In this document: in pieces, positions 35,845-45,040 of the stretch | Layout: every line of letters begins with the position of its first letter | How positions within the stretch are numbered: position 1 is the stretch's first letter | NCBI GenBank assembly: GCA_963758495.1 | Contig: CAVWVI010000003.1 | Coordinates: forward strand, 1,024,001 to 1,088,000 | Source of the DNA: Oligoflexia bacterium | GTDB taxonomy: Bacteria; Bdellovibrionota; UBA1018 | Length of the DNA: 64,000 nucleotides | Direction: 5' to 3' | Position numbers and translations under genes: made by a program | Notes under the pieces: model-generated | What the model saw: the letters and a program-made list of their open reading frames with translations, nothing else | What the model was told of the DNA's origin: nothing | The model's database searches: none

Positions 35845-36384
35845 TCACGTCTGAGGATCCGCCTTCTTTTTCTCAATAGCGGCTAACACTGTGACCAAAC
35901 TACGAGGCACAGCAGCAAGCACACCAACAAAGTTCGTAATAGGAGCATTCATAGTACCTAACAATGTCCCTATCAGAACTTGCTTGCTAGGAAGTTTAGC
36001 AAGCGCCTCGACTCCAGATGCATCGATGCGCTTCTGACCCATGAGGCTGTCTTTAAGTTTAAGTGCCTCATTATCCTGAGCAAATTTATGAATCACCTTA
36101 GCTGCGGCTGCTGGATCTCCAAACGCAAATGCGACTAGAGTAGGTCCAACAACACTTTCCATGAGCTCCTTAGCTTGCTCACCCATGGCTCCATCCTTAG
36201 TAATCAAACGCGCAACGTTATTTTTTAAAACCTTAATTTCAGTTTTATGTGCGCGAAGTGATCTACGGAGATCATCAGCTTGTGAAGCAGAAAGTCCCTT
36301 ATAATCTGCAAAAATAGCGACTTGCGCCTGAGCGAACTTATCCTTCAAAGACGTCGCAAGTTCGGATTTTTCTGTACGATTCAT
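35845..36384 (-). CDS. rplJ: 50S ribosomal protein L10
   Basis: DYKGL, LRRSLR, VLKNN, GPT, LAKLPS. Confidence 0.96.
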   Translation of the reverse strand: MNRTEKSELATSLKDKFAQAQVAIFADYKGLSASQADDLRRSLRAHKTEIKVLKNNVARLITKDGAMGEQAKELMESVVGPTLVAFAFGDPAAAAKVIHKFAQDNEALKLKDSLMGQKRIDASGVEALAKLPSKQVLIGTLLGTMNAPITNFVGVLAAVPRSLVTVLAAIEKKKADPQT

Positions 36385-36427
36385 GACTTTAACCTCTTAC
36401 TTTATTCTCTAATTAATACAATCAGGA

Positions 36428-37177
36428 TCAGGCTACACCAGCTGCATGCAGTGTATCCATCGGATCAATAGCAATGCCTGGGCTCATTGTTGAAGAAAGT
36501 GTAACGTTTTTTAAGTAAGTCCCCTTACTTGTAGGTGGCTTTGCCTTCATAATTACACTCGCCAAGGTTGCAAAATTCTCCTTGAGCTTCAATGCGCCAA
36601 AAGATTTCTTACCAATTGCTACATGGATAATACCGGTCTTTTCAGTGCGGTATTCTACTTTCCCTAACTTCTGCTCTTTCACTGCCTTGGCGACGTCAAA
36701 AGTAACAGTACCTAATTTCGGATTTGGCATAAGACCCCGAGGCCCTAATATCTTTCCAATCTTAGAAACTGCAACCATCATATCTGGAGTAGCAATCATC
36801 TTATCGAAATCAAACCAACCACCCGCAATTTTTTCAATTAAGTCTTCGGCACCAACAAAATCAGCACCCGCTGCAGCCGCTTCTTTTGCCTTATCCCCTT
36901 TAGCTAAAACTGCCACTCGAACAGTTTTACCAATACCGTGAGGAAGCACGATAGCTCCACGAACCATTTGGTCGGCATGCTTTGGATCCACTCCGAGATT
37001 AAACGCTACATCAACTGTCTCATCAAACTTGGCAAATGCAACTTCAGGCAAAAGCGCGAAAGCTTCGTCTACTGTATAGCGCTTTCCCATTTGAACTTTT
37101 TCCATTGCATTTAAATATTTTTTGCCGTGATTTCCAATTCGACGTTTTTTATCTGCCTGCTTTGTATTTTCAGTCAT
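36428..37177 (-). CDS. rplA: 50S ribosomal protein L1
   Basis: [23 protein letters not shown]. Confidence 0.98.
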   Translation of the reverse strand: MTENTKQADKKRRIGNHGKKYLNAMEKVQMGKRYTVDEAFALLPEVAFAKFDETVDVAFNLGVDPKHADQMVRGAIVLPHGIGKTVRVAVLAKGDKAKEAAAAGADFVGAEDLIEKIAGGWFDFDKMIATPDMMVAVSKIGKILGPRGLMPNPKLGTVTFDVAKAVKEQKLGKVEYRTEKTGIIHVAIGKKSFGALKLKENFATLASVIMKAKPPTSKGTYLKNVTLSSTMSPGIAIDPMDTLHAAGVA

Positions 37178-37188
37178 ATTTATCCTCT

Positions 37189-37221
37189 GTGGTGCTCACG
37201 CCAAGCGTACTTGGCTCCCAC
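37189..37221 (-). promoter_or_regulatory. Probable L1-binding autoregulatory hairpin before rplA
   Basis: GUGG-GA-GCCAAG-UACG-CUUGGC-GUGAGCA-CCAC directly before the rplA RBS (GAGG). Confidence 0.65.
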
Positions 37222-37243
37222 TTTATTTTAAAAAACTAAATTT

Positions 37244-37669
37244 CTAATCAGTTACGGTAATACCGGCACTACGAGCTGTCCCAGAAATAGTCCGCATTGC
37301 AGCTTCTAAACTACCTGCGTTTAAATCCGGCATTTTCAACTTAGCAATCTCTTCGACTTGCTTTGAAGTTACCTTACCTACTTTAGTTTTATTAGGTTCT
37401 CCAGATCCTTTTTCAATCTTTGCAGCTTTACAAAGCAAAATAGATGCAGGAGGGGTCTTCGTAATAAAAGTAAATGAGCGATCTGAATATACAGTAATAA
37501 TGACCGGAATGATCATTCCTTTTTGGTCCTGCGTCTTAGCATTAAATGCTTTGCAGAACTCCATGATATTCACACCACGTTGACCTAAGGCAGGTCCCAC
37601 TGGAGGGGCTGGATTTGCCTGACCACCTGGAATTTGTAGTTTAATCTGACCAGTTACTTTCTTTGCCAT
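37244..37669 (-). CDS. rplK: 50S ribosomal protein L11
   Basis: [26 protein letters not shown]. Confidence 0.98.
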   Translation of the reverse strand: MAKKVTGQIKLQIPGGQANPAPPVGPALGQRGVNIMEFCKAFNAKTQDQKGMIIPVIITVYSDRSFTFITKTPPASILLCKAAKIEKGSGEPNKTKVGKVTSKQVEEIAKLKMPDLNAGSLEAAMRTISGTARSAGITVTD

Positions 37670-37765
37670 AATCTAACCTTTCTCGCAGTACATCCTGTAC
37701 ACCACTGCCAAATCACGGGCAGGCAAACGCTCATTATCCTGAAACGTGCTCTATAACACAATTAA

Positions 37766-38326
37766 TTAAATTTTTTCAACCTGAATAAAATCAAGTTCTA
37801 CCGGGGTCGACCGTCCAAATATACTTACTAGAACTTTTACCTTTCCTTTATCTGGATTTACATCTTCGACAACACCGTTAAAGTTGGAGAACGGTCCATC
37901 AACAACTCTTACATTTTCGCCTTCATGAAAAGAAATTCTAGGGCGCGGCTTAACTTGTCCTTCTGCAATCCGATTTGTCATTTTTTGAACATCAGACTCA
38001 GGAACAGGCACTGGCTTAACCTTATCACCGACGAATCCTGTAATTTTCGGAGTATCTTTTACAATATGCCAAGTCTCTTCATTTAAAACCATCTTAACCA
38101 AGATATACCCAGGAAAGAATCGTCGCTTAGTTGTCTTCTTTTGGCCCTTAACCAACTCTACAACATTTTCTTCTGGAACAATGATCTCTCCAAAAAAAGG
38201 CTCTCTCTTTAAAGATTTGATCCGCTCTTCAAGCGCAATCTTTGCCTTATTTTCGAAACCTGAATATGTATGAACTACATACCAAGCCATTTCACCTGAC
38301 TGCTGCGCTTGAATGTCCGGCATCAT
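37766..38326 (-). CDS. nusG: Transcription termination/antitermination factor NusG
   Basis: WYVVHTYSGFE, FFPGYILV, GPF, VSIFGRSTPVEL. Confidence 0.98.
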   Translation of the reverse strand: MMPDIQAQQSGEMAWYVVHTYSGFENKAKIALEERIKSLKREPFFGEIIVPEENVVELVKGQKKTTKRRFFPGYILVKMVLNEETWHIVKDTPKITGFVGDKVKPVPVPESDVQKMTNRIAEGQVKPRPRISFHEGENVRVVDGPFSNFNGVVEDVNPDKGKVKVLVSIFGRSTPVELDFIQVEKI

Positions 38327-38338
38327 TTATCTCCTCTC

Positions 38339-38714
38339 TCAGAGAATCCACTTTAGCAAATGAATCCAACAATAGTCCAAGAAGCCTAAAACAAGCCCCG
38401 AAATGAGGACCATGACAATTACTACTAAAGTAGCGGAACTTGTATCTTTCTGAGTAGGCCAAGTTACTCGCGAAAGCTCTACGATAACCTCATTCATAAA
38501 TTGATTGGCCTGCTCATTGCGATAGAGCACCATGAAAAGAATAGCCCCCGCAAACAACAGAGACTCCTCGAAGAATCAGTTCAACATTTCGAACCCTAGC
38601 TTCGAGATCATAAGCCCCTACAATCTTACCTGCCATCGAAAAAATGATGTACCCAAACAATATGGCCAATGCCAAGTAGCTTAGATTCACCCATTTCTGA
38701 TGTTGACTTTCCAT
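38339..38714 (-). CDS. secE: Preprotein translocase subunit SecE (3-TM type), frameshift at ~38556
   Basis: Two ORF fragments join; ELSRVTWP motif; lies between tRNA-Trp and nusG. Confidence 0.92.
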
Positions 38715-38739
38715 AGTTTAACCCAATTCAACCCATTAA

Positions 38740-38816
38740 TGGCAGGGCAGGAGGGATTCGAACCCACAACCCGCGGATTTGGAATCCGCTGCTCTAGCCG
38801 TTGGAGCTACTGCCCT
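38740..38816 (-). tRNA. tRNA-Trp(CCA)
   Basis: Anticodon arm GCGGA-TT CCA AA-TCCGC; encoded CCA end. Confidence 0.96.
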
Positions 38817-38819
38817 ATT

Positions 38820-38970
38820 TTACTTACCTTCACGATGTGGAGTATGTTTCCGGCAAAACTTGCAGAACTTATTAAATTCTAGCTTGTCTGTCGTCTTTTG
38901 CTTATTCTTACTAGTTGAGTAATTTTTTCGTTTGCACTCCAGTGCAATCTAAACTCACAGTTACTCGCAT
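38820..38970 (-). CDS. rpmG: 50S ribosomal protein L33 (zinc-binding form), with a 1-bp insertion at ~38940
   Basis: Removing one G gives [49 protein letters not shown]. Not in the ORF track. Confidence 0.93.
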
Positions 38971-39003
38971 AATACTTACTACCTCAAATCTCCGACTCCA
39001 AAC

Positions 39004-39064
39004 AAGGGGGGATTTTTCTCCCCCCTTTTACCGGAACCTATTATTAGGCAAAGAGCTTTTTGCC
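39004..39064 (-). terminator. Two stem-loops between tuf and rpmG
   Basis: AAGGGGGGA / TCCCCCCTT (39004-39027) and GGCAAA / TTTGCC (39047-39064). Confidence 0.55.
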
Positions 39065-39087
39065 CATTCTCACTGCATACATGAGAA

Positions 39088-40285
39088 TTACTCGATAATC
39101 TCTGCCACGACACCGGCACCTACCGTACGGCCACCTTCACGGATAGCGAAACGGAGTTCTTTTTCCATAGCAATTGGAGTAATTAATTCTACTTCAATTG
39201 CAACGTTATCACCAGGCATGACCATTTCTACATTCTGCAGGAAGCTTCACGACACCAGTCACGTCCGTTGTACGGAAATAGAACTGAGGACGATAGCCAT
39301 TGAAGAATGGAGTATGACTTCCGCCTTCTTCTTTAGTAAGAATATAAGCTGAACCTTTAAATTTCTTATGTGGAGTAACTGATCCAACATGAGCCAACAC
39401 TTGGCCACGTTCAACTTCTTCTTTCTTAGTTCCACGAAGAAGAGCGCCGATATTATCTCCAGCTTCACCTTGATCTAGCAATTTACGGAACATTTCAACA
39501 CCCGTCACAACAGACTTAATGGTTGGACGTAGACCAATAATTTCAACTTCTTCGCCAACCTTAATCACGCCACGCTCAACACGGCCGGTCACAACAGTAC
39601 CACGACCTGAAATTGAGAACACATCTTCAACTGGCATCAAGAAAGGCTTATCTTTTTCACGTTTTGGCTGTGGAATATATTCATCCACTGCATCCATCAA
39701 CTTCAAGATCGCTTGCTTCACCCAGTTGCTCCTGCATCACCTTCCATCGCCTTAAGTGCAGAACCCTTAACGATAGGAATAGTGTCGCCAGGGATACTTA
39801 TAGGAAGTAAGTAACTCACGAACTTCCATTTCAACTAAGTTCAAGAAGTTCTGGATCATCTACCATGTCGCATTTATTCAAAAACACGACAACAGCAGGA
39901 ACACCGACTTGACGAGCTAAGAAGAATGTGTTCACGAGTTTGAGGCATTGGGCCGTCAGCAGCGGAAACAACTAAAATCGCTCCGTCCATCTGAGCTGCA
40001 CCAGTAATCATGTTTTTCACATAGTCAGCGTGGCCTGGGCAATCGACGTGGGCATAATGGCGATTAGCAGTCTGATACTCAACGTGAGTGGTATTAATAG
40101 TAATCCCACGCTCTTTTTCTTCAGGAGCGTTATCGATTTGATCGTAAGCTCGTGCTTGCGCCCAACCCTTTTTTGCTAATACCGTCGTAATAGCCGCAGT
40201 TAATGTAGTTTTACCATGGTCAACGTGACCAATTGTCCCAATATTGCAATGGGGCTTATGTCCGTTCAAATTTTTCTTTCGACAT
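39088..40285 (-). CDS. tuf: Elongation factor Tu, with seven single-base insertions
   Basis: [48 protein letters not shown]. Span is 1198 nt against 1191 nt for a 396-aa EF-Tu. Confidence 0.97.
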
Positions 40286-40350
40286 ACCTCTTCTAGGCCT
40301 CCGCTGTTTGGTTAGATTATGCCGGAACCTAACAACCGGTTATTTAAATC

Positions 40351-40427
40351 TGGAGCTCTTGACGGGATTCGAACCCGTGACCTCTCCCTTACCAAGGGAG
40401 TGCTCTAGCCAACTGAGCTACAAGAGC
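40351..40427 (-). tRNA. tRNA-Thr(GGT)
   Basis: CTCCC-TT GGT AA-GGGAG; CCA end. Confidence 0.96.
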
Positions 40428-40561
40428 GTTCATCACCAATTCTTGAACAGAAAAACAAATCCTTACTTCAACTTGACTTGTTCTTCAGCTCCCTTTGTGC
40501 TTTTACGTAAAAGACACAGTCCCAAAAAATACCGATTAACCGGTATTTTTTGAGTTATAAA

Positions 40562-40638
40562 TGGAGCGGGAGACGGGACTCGAACCCGCGACCCTCAGCT
40601 TGGAAGGCTGATGCTCTAGCCAACTGAGCTACTCCCGC
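40562..40638 (-). tRNA. tRNA-Gly(TCC)
   Basis: TCAGC-CT TCC AA-GCTGA; CCA end. Confidence 0.96.
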
Positions 40639-40787
40639 ACCGACTTTCCATGGTTGGCAAGTCCCAAGGAAATTGAATTTCATCTTCTTACATCAAGCTT
40701 TTAAAGTTTCTCACTATTTTTGACTTTTCATCAAAAAAACCTCTATTAAAGGTTTATTGAGAACTTTTTTTGCCCTCAGCTCAAAAA

Positions 40788-40873
40788 TGGTGGAGAGAGA
40801 AGGATTCGAACCTTCGAAGACGTACGCCGCCAGATTTACAGTCTGGTCCCTTTGGCCGCTTGGGTATCTCTCC
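40788..40873 (-). tRNA. tRNA-Tyr(GTA)
   Basis: CCAGA-CT GTA AA-TCTGG; long variable arm; CCA end. Confidence 0.96.
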
Positions 40874-40960
40874 ACAATCCAAATTTTAACTAAACTAACT
40901 TATCAGCCGTCACCTTTGTACCATTTTTCAGTGCATTGTCCCTAAGAACAATCTGAAAAA

Positions 40961-41036
40961 TGGAGCTGGAGAAGGGATTCGAACCCACGACCTGCGGTTT
41001 ACAAAACCGCTGCTCTACCAACTGAGCTACTCCAGC
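40961..41036 (-). tRNA. tRNA-Thr(TGT)
   Basis: GCGGT-TT TGT AA-ACCGC; CCA end. Confidence 0.96.
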
Positions 41037-41263
41037 ACAAAGAAAACTTCACCTAAAGGATAAACTACCCCATTGGGCAATTAGCCGACATTTAGCTGTG
41101 CAAAGTTCCATCGTTTTCATAAAAAGTCAACGACCTTTACAAAATTTTTAGTTATTTTTTTTTCAGCCTCATGATTATCAGCCAATCATCGCCTCAAAAG
41201 CAACTATCAATTTCAATGATTGAGAGAGTCGCTTGACTTAACGATGAACTCAAGGGAAGAGTT

Positions 41264-41893
41264 ATGCTTATGAAAAGTCTTCAAACTTTAACGTTGGCTA
41301 TTGTTTTATTTGGTTTTATTGGATTGGAATCTTCTGTGGAAGCCCGAGATAATACAAACTTGAAAAAATACGGCAACCGGCAAAATGACAGTTCAGTAAA
41401 ATATCGGCAGTCAGCGCCAGAATCAGCAGAAACCTACTCAAATGACAAGTCTTTTGCTTTAGGATATTCCACCATTGCCCTTCCGTTTCAAGACGGCTTT
41501 GGTTCCATTACAGGACTTTGCAAATGGGATCGACTGGACGCAATACAAACTTTTTTAACCATTCCTCGGACGAGTCCTTTTAATATTGCGGCCAGTGTTC
41601 TTTATAAAAGGACGGTTTTAGAAAGTGAAGGCGCTGGATTTCACCTCGGCGGCGGCCTAGGGCTAGGAAGTGCAAATGGAGGCACTGGAGGAAATTTTAT
41701 AATGAACATGAGCGCTATTGCTGGCTTTCATTTTCCGGTTCCTGGCGCTTCTCAAATCATGGTGCATATAGATGGGGGGCCTAATTTCACTCTATACAAT
41801 ATAGGATCGGGCGCTGCTTCAACTACTCAGACGAATTTCCAAATGACTCCACTTTCCCCAGCGTTAGGTCTCAGCATTGTTTACATTCTCTAA
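41264..41893 (+). CDS. Exported protein, probable small outer-membrane beta-barrel
   Basis: Signal peptide (VEA-R), Gly/aromatic amphipathic strands, terminal GLSIVYIL. Confidence 0.6.
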   Translation: MLMKSLQTLTLAIVLFGFIGLESSVEARDNTNLKKYGNRQNDSSVKYRQSAPESAETYSNDKSFALGYSTIALPFQDGFGSITGLCKWDRLDAIQTFLTIPRTSPFNIAASVLYKRTVLESEGAGFHLGGGLGLGSANGGTGGNFIMNMSAIAGFHFPVPGASQIMVHIDGGPNFTLYNIGSGAASTTQTNFQMTPLSPALGLSIVYIL

Positions 41894-41895
41894 AA

Positions 41896-42639
41896 TTAAA
41901 TTAATTTAGAAATCATAATACCAGCAGCAACAGAGACGTTAAGAGAAGTGACTTTGCCGTTTCCAGAAATTCGACAGAGAACATCACAAGATTCTTCCGT
42001 CAAACGCCTCATGCCCTTTTCTTCATTTCCTAAAACTAAAAGCCAGGGTCGGTCACGTTGAACTGAGCTAATATCATCATGTGCATGTTCTGACGTCCCC
42101 AAGATCCAAGCACCTGATTTTTTTGCTATTTCGAAGGCGTTCTGTAAGTTAGTCGGAACTGAAAAAGGTACAAACTCTAAGCCTCCTGAAGCCACATCAT
42201 AAACTGTTGACGTCAAAGAAGCAGATCTATCCTGAGTCAGAACTATCCCTTGGACTCCAAAAAATGCAGCGGCCCGAAATATTGCCCCTACATTATGAGG
42301 ATCTTGCAAATTATCCAAAGCTAACCATAAACCTCGGCCATTTCCTCTCGTAGACGCCTCTGCAAATAGCTCTTCTAATGAAAGAGGTGTTCTTTCACGA
42401 ATCGTAGCTTCCGCTATTCCCATCCTTGAACTCTCTTCGAATGAAGAAACATGACCCGCTCGAGGTGCTCGCTGATTCACGGTAGTGACCGAAATCTGTC
42501 GATCTCGAGCAACCTTGGCAACCCGAGCCCAAACATCATTCGAAAATTTCGGAGGAATATTGACTTGAATCACATCTTTTGGGCGCGTTTCAAGAACTGC
42601 AAGTACACTATGAGGATTTCTCAATATAAGCTGAGCCAT
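41896..42639 (-). CDS. rlmB: 23S rRNA 2'-O-methyltransferase, RlmB/TrmH (SPOUT) family
   Basis: QDPHNVGAIFRAA, LGNEEKG, SLNVSVAAGI; GGAGGAG before ATG 42639. Confidence 0.85.
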   Translation of the reverse strand: MAQLILRNPHSVLAVLETRPKDVIQVNIPPKFSNDVWARVAKVARDRQISVTTVNQRAPRAGHVSSFEESSRMGIAEATIRERTPLSLEELFAEASTRGNGRGLWLALDNLQDPHNVGAIFRAAAFFGVQGIVLTQDRSASLTSTVYDVASGGLEFVPFSVPTNLQNAFEIAKKSGAWILGTSEHAHDDISSVQRDRPWLLVLGNEEKGMRRLTEESCDVLCRISGNGKVTSLNVSVAAGIMISKLI

Positions 42640-42743
42640 TCTCCTCCAATCGCACAGAATGTAACTACAGTTAAGAAGAAAACGCGACTCAAAGCGCCGA
42701 ACAAGAATAAACACTGCAAGAAGCCCTAAAGGAACATTTACGG

Positions 42744-43460
42744 CTATTCTCCCAAATCTTTTAAAATGGACCTCACTACTGCTTTAGGATCAGCTGACTC
42801 AGTAATAGGCCGACCTACTACTATGGCATGAGCCCCCATTTCCCGAGCTATGGCCGGAGTGGTTACTCTTGCTTGATCATTCATGCTTACGCCCGAAGGT
42901 CGAATTCCGGGAACTACTGTATATAAATTAGGAAACTGGCTGCGGATTGACTCTAATTCCATCGCAGAACAAACGATGCCATCAGCTCCCCAAGCAGCAG
43001 AGTGCTCCACAAGACCATTTACTGATCCTTTTACTTCTACGGCATGTCCTGTTAAAGACTTAGTCACTTCAGCCCATCGAACATCATCAAATGAAGTCAA
43101 AACACTTACACCTAAGATTTTTGGACGAAGTAACGGAATATCGGCAAGTTCCTCGACAACAGCACGAATCATTGCACTTCCACCCGCTAAATGGACAGTG
43201 AGCATTTCCACATGCAGTAATGCAGCCTGCTTTGCTGCTCTTGCCACTGTATGCGGGATATCATGAAGCTTCAGATCAAGAAAAATTCTATTTTTACGGT
43301 GCACCAGTTCACGAACAACTTCCGGACCTCCACTCATAAAAAGCTCAAGACCCACTTTATATAATAGAGGAAACCCTTTAAGCTGATCAACCAAAGCAAA
43401 TGCCTTATCCGATCTAGAAAAATCTAAAGCCACAATCAACTCAGTCTGCTGATGATTCAC
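42744..43460 (-). CDS. pyrF: Orotidine-5'-phosphate decarboxylase
   Basis: IVALD, KVGLEL, FLDLKLHDIPHTV, PGIR, DQ.R, VVGRPI. Confidence 0.97.
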   Translation of the reverse strand: MNHQQTELIVALDFSRSDKAFALVDQLKGFPLLYKVGLELFMSGGPEVVRELVHRKNRIFLDLKLHDIPHTVARAAKQAALLHVEMLTVHLAGGSAMIRAVVEELADIPLLRPKILGVSVLTSFDDVRWAEVTKSLTGHAVEVKGSVNGLVEHSAAWGADGIVCSAMELESIRSQFPNLYTVVPGIRPSGVSMNDQARVTTPAIAREMGAHAIVVGRPITESADPKAVVRSILKDLGE

Positions 43461-43562
43461 AAAACCTCCCTTGAATAGGTTCTAGCAAAAATCGAGCGAG
43501 CAACCGTGATGTCCTCGGCGCCGCGATATTTTTAGGAGTCGCACAATATCATCATTTCATCC

Positions 43563-43614
43563 AGCGGTAAGCGTAAAGATCCCATCTCCCGCTGCCACAG
43601 TATCCTAGGCAATG
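43563..43614 (-). repeat. Dispersed ~45-bp hairpin element, copy 2, directly after the ntrX-like stop
   Basis: About 34/45 identity to 9131-9174 by manual alignment. Confidence 0.65.
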
Positions 43615-43615
43615 C

Positions 43616-45031
43616 TTAGGCTTCAATACCATATGACTTAATTTTACGATGCAAATGGCTTCGCTCAATTCCAAGCGCCTGAGCGGTTTTTGATATATTC
43701 CAATCATACTCTTTTAAAGTCTTTAAGATAAATTCCTTTTCAAACTCTTGCCGAGCATCACGAAGGTTCTTCCCCCCCACATTCGTGCTAGCTGAATGAT
43801 TGGGACCTGAATCACCCAGAGATTCCTCTTCTATTCGAACGCTAAAGCTATCGTCCTGCAAATTTTTTAATAAATCCGCCGCAGTTATAATTTTACCTTC
43901 TTCCGACTCAGACGTAAGAATAATGACACGCTCAATTAGATTTTTTAACTCTCGGACATTTCCAGGCCAAGGATACGCATTTAAAACATGGAGTGCTTCT
44001 AGTGAGAGTTCACGCATGGATCGATCATGTGCAATACAAAATTCTTTCAAAAAATGCCCTGAAAGGAGGGCTATATCTTCTTTTCGCTCACGAAGAGGGG
44101 AAACCACGAAAGGAATCACATTTAACCGATAAAATAAGTCCTCTCGGAAGTTCCCGTTTTGGATTTCGGCTTTTAAATCTTTATTGGTTGCCGCAATAAT
44201 CCGAACATCCACCAACATTGTTTGGGAGCCCCCTACTCGTTCAAATTTCTGCTCTTGTAAAATCCGAAGAATCTTTGCTTGGGTTTTGAGCGACATGTCT
44301 CCAATTTCATCTAGAAACAGACTTCCCCCATTCGCTAAATCAAATTTTCCTCGCCGAAGTTGAGTGGCACCCGTAAATGCCCCTCTTTCATGACCAAAAA
44401 GCTCACTTTCAATTAATTCTTCTGGAATGGCTGCACAGTTCACTTCAACAAATGGCTTATTAAAACGAGGCGACAATGCATGTAAACTTTGAGCCACTAA
44501 CTCCTTTCCTGTACCGTTCTCTCCCGTAATTAAAACAGAACCTGTAGTAGGAGCAACTCTACGAATCAGTTCTTGAATATGCTTCATGGCAGGACTCTCA
44601 CCCACCAGCATACGATTTTTTTGAACTTGTTTACGCAGAGCCTGGTTTTCCCGTGCTAAATCTTGAACACTTGAAACATTTTGTAAAAGAACTAATAATC
44701 TTTCTAAAGAGAGAGGTTTTTCAATAAAATCAAACGCCCCTAATTTAGTGGCCTTCACTGCAGTTTCGATATTACCATGACCAGACATCATTATAACAAG
44801 CTGATCAGGCCACTCTGATTTGATCATCCGTAATGTCTCAATACCGTCTAGTTCGGGCATCCAGATATCCAAAATAATGATATCAGGTCTTTCCACTCTT
44901 ATGGCTTCAACGCCTTCTTTACCAGACGCAGCTACCGCTACACGGTAACCTTCATCTTTAAGCGCCCCCATTAAAGATTGTCGAATCGACGCTTCATCAT
45001 CAATGACTAAAACTAAACGTACCATACACAT
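43616..45031 (-). CDS. ntrX: Sigma-54-dependent response regulator, NtrX/NtrC-like
   Basis: REC (DIWMP), GENGTGKE, GAFTGA, FLDEIGDM, Fis-type HTH. Confidence 0.85.
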   Translation of the reverse strand: MCMVRLVLVIDDEASIRQSLMGALKDEGYRVAVAASGKEGVEAIRVERPDIIILDIWMPELDGIETLRMIKSEWPDQLVIMMSGHGNIETAVKATKLGAFDFIEKPLSLERLLVLLQNVSSVQDLARENQALRKQVQKNRMLVGESPAMKHIQELIRRVAPTTGSVLITGENGTGKELVAQSLHALSPRFNKPFVEVNCAAIPEELIESELFGHERGAFTGATQLRRGKFDLANGGSLFLDEIGDMSLKTQAKILRILQEQKFERVGGSQTMLVDVRIIAATNKDLKAEIQNGNFREDLFYRLNVIPFVVSPLRERKEDIALLSGHFLKEFCIAHDRSMRELSLEALHVLNAYPWPGNVRELKNLIERVIILTSESEEGKIITAADLLKNLQDDSFSVRIEEESLGDSGPNHSASTNVGGKNLRDARQEFEKEFILKTLKEYDWNISKTAQALGIERSHLHRKIKSYGIEA

Positions 45032-45040
45032 TCCTCATTT

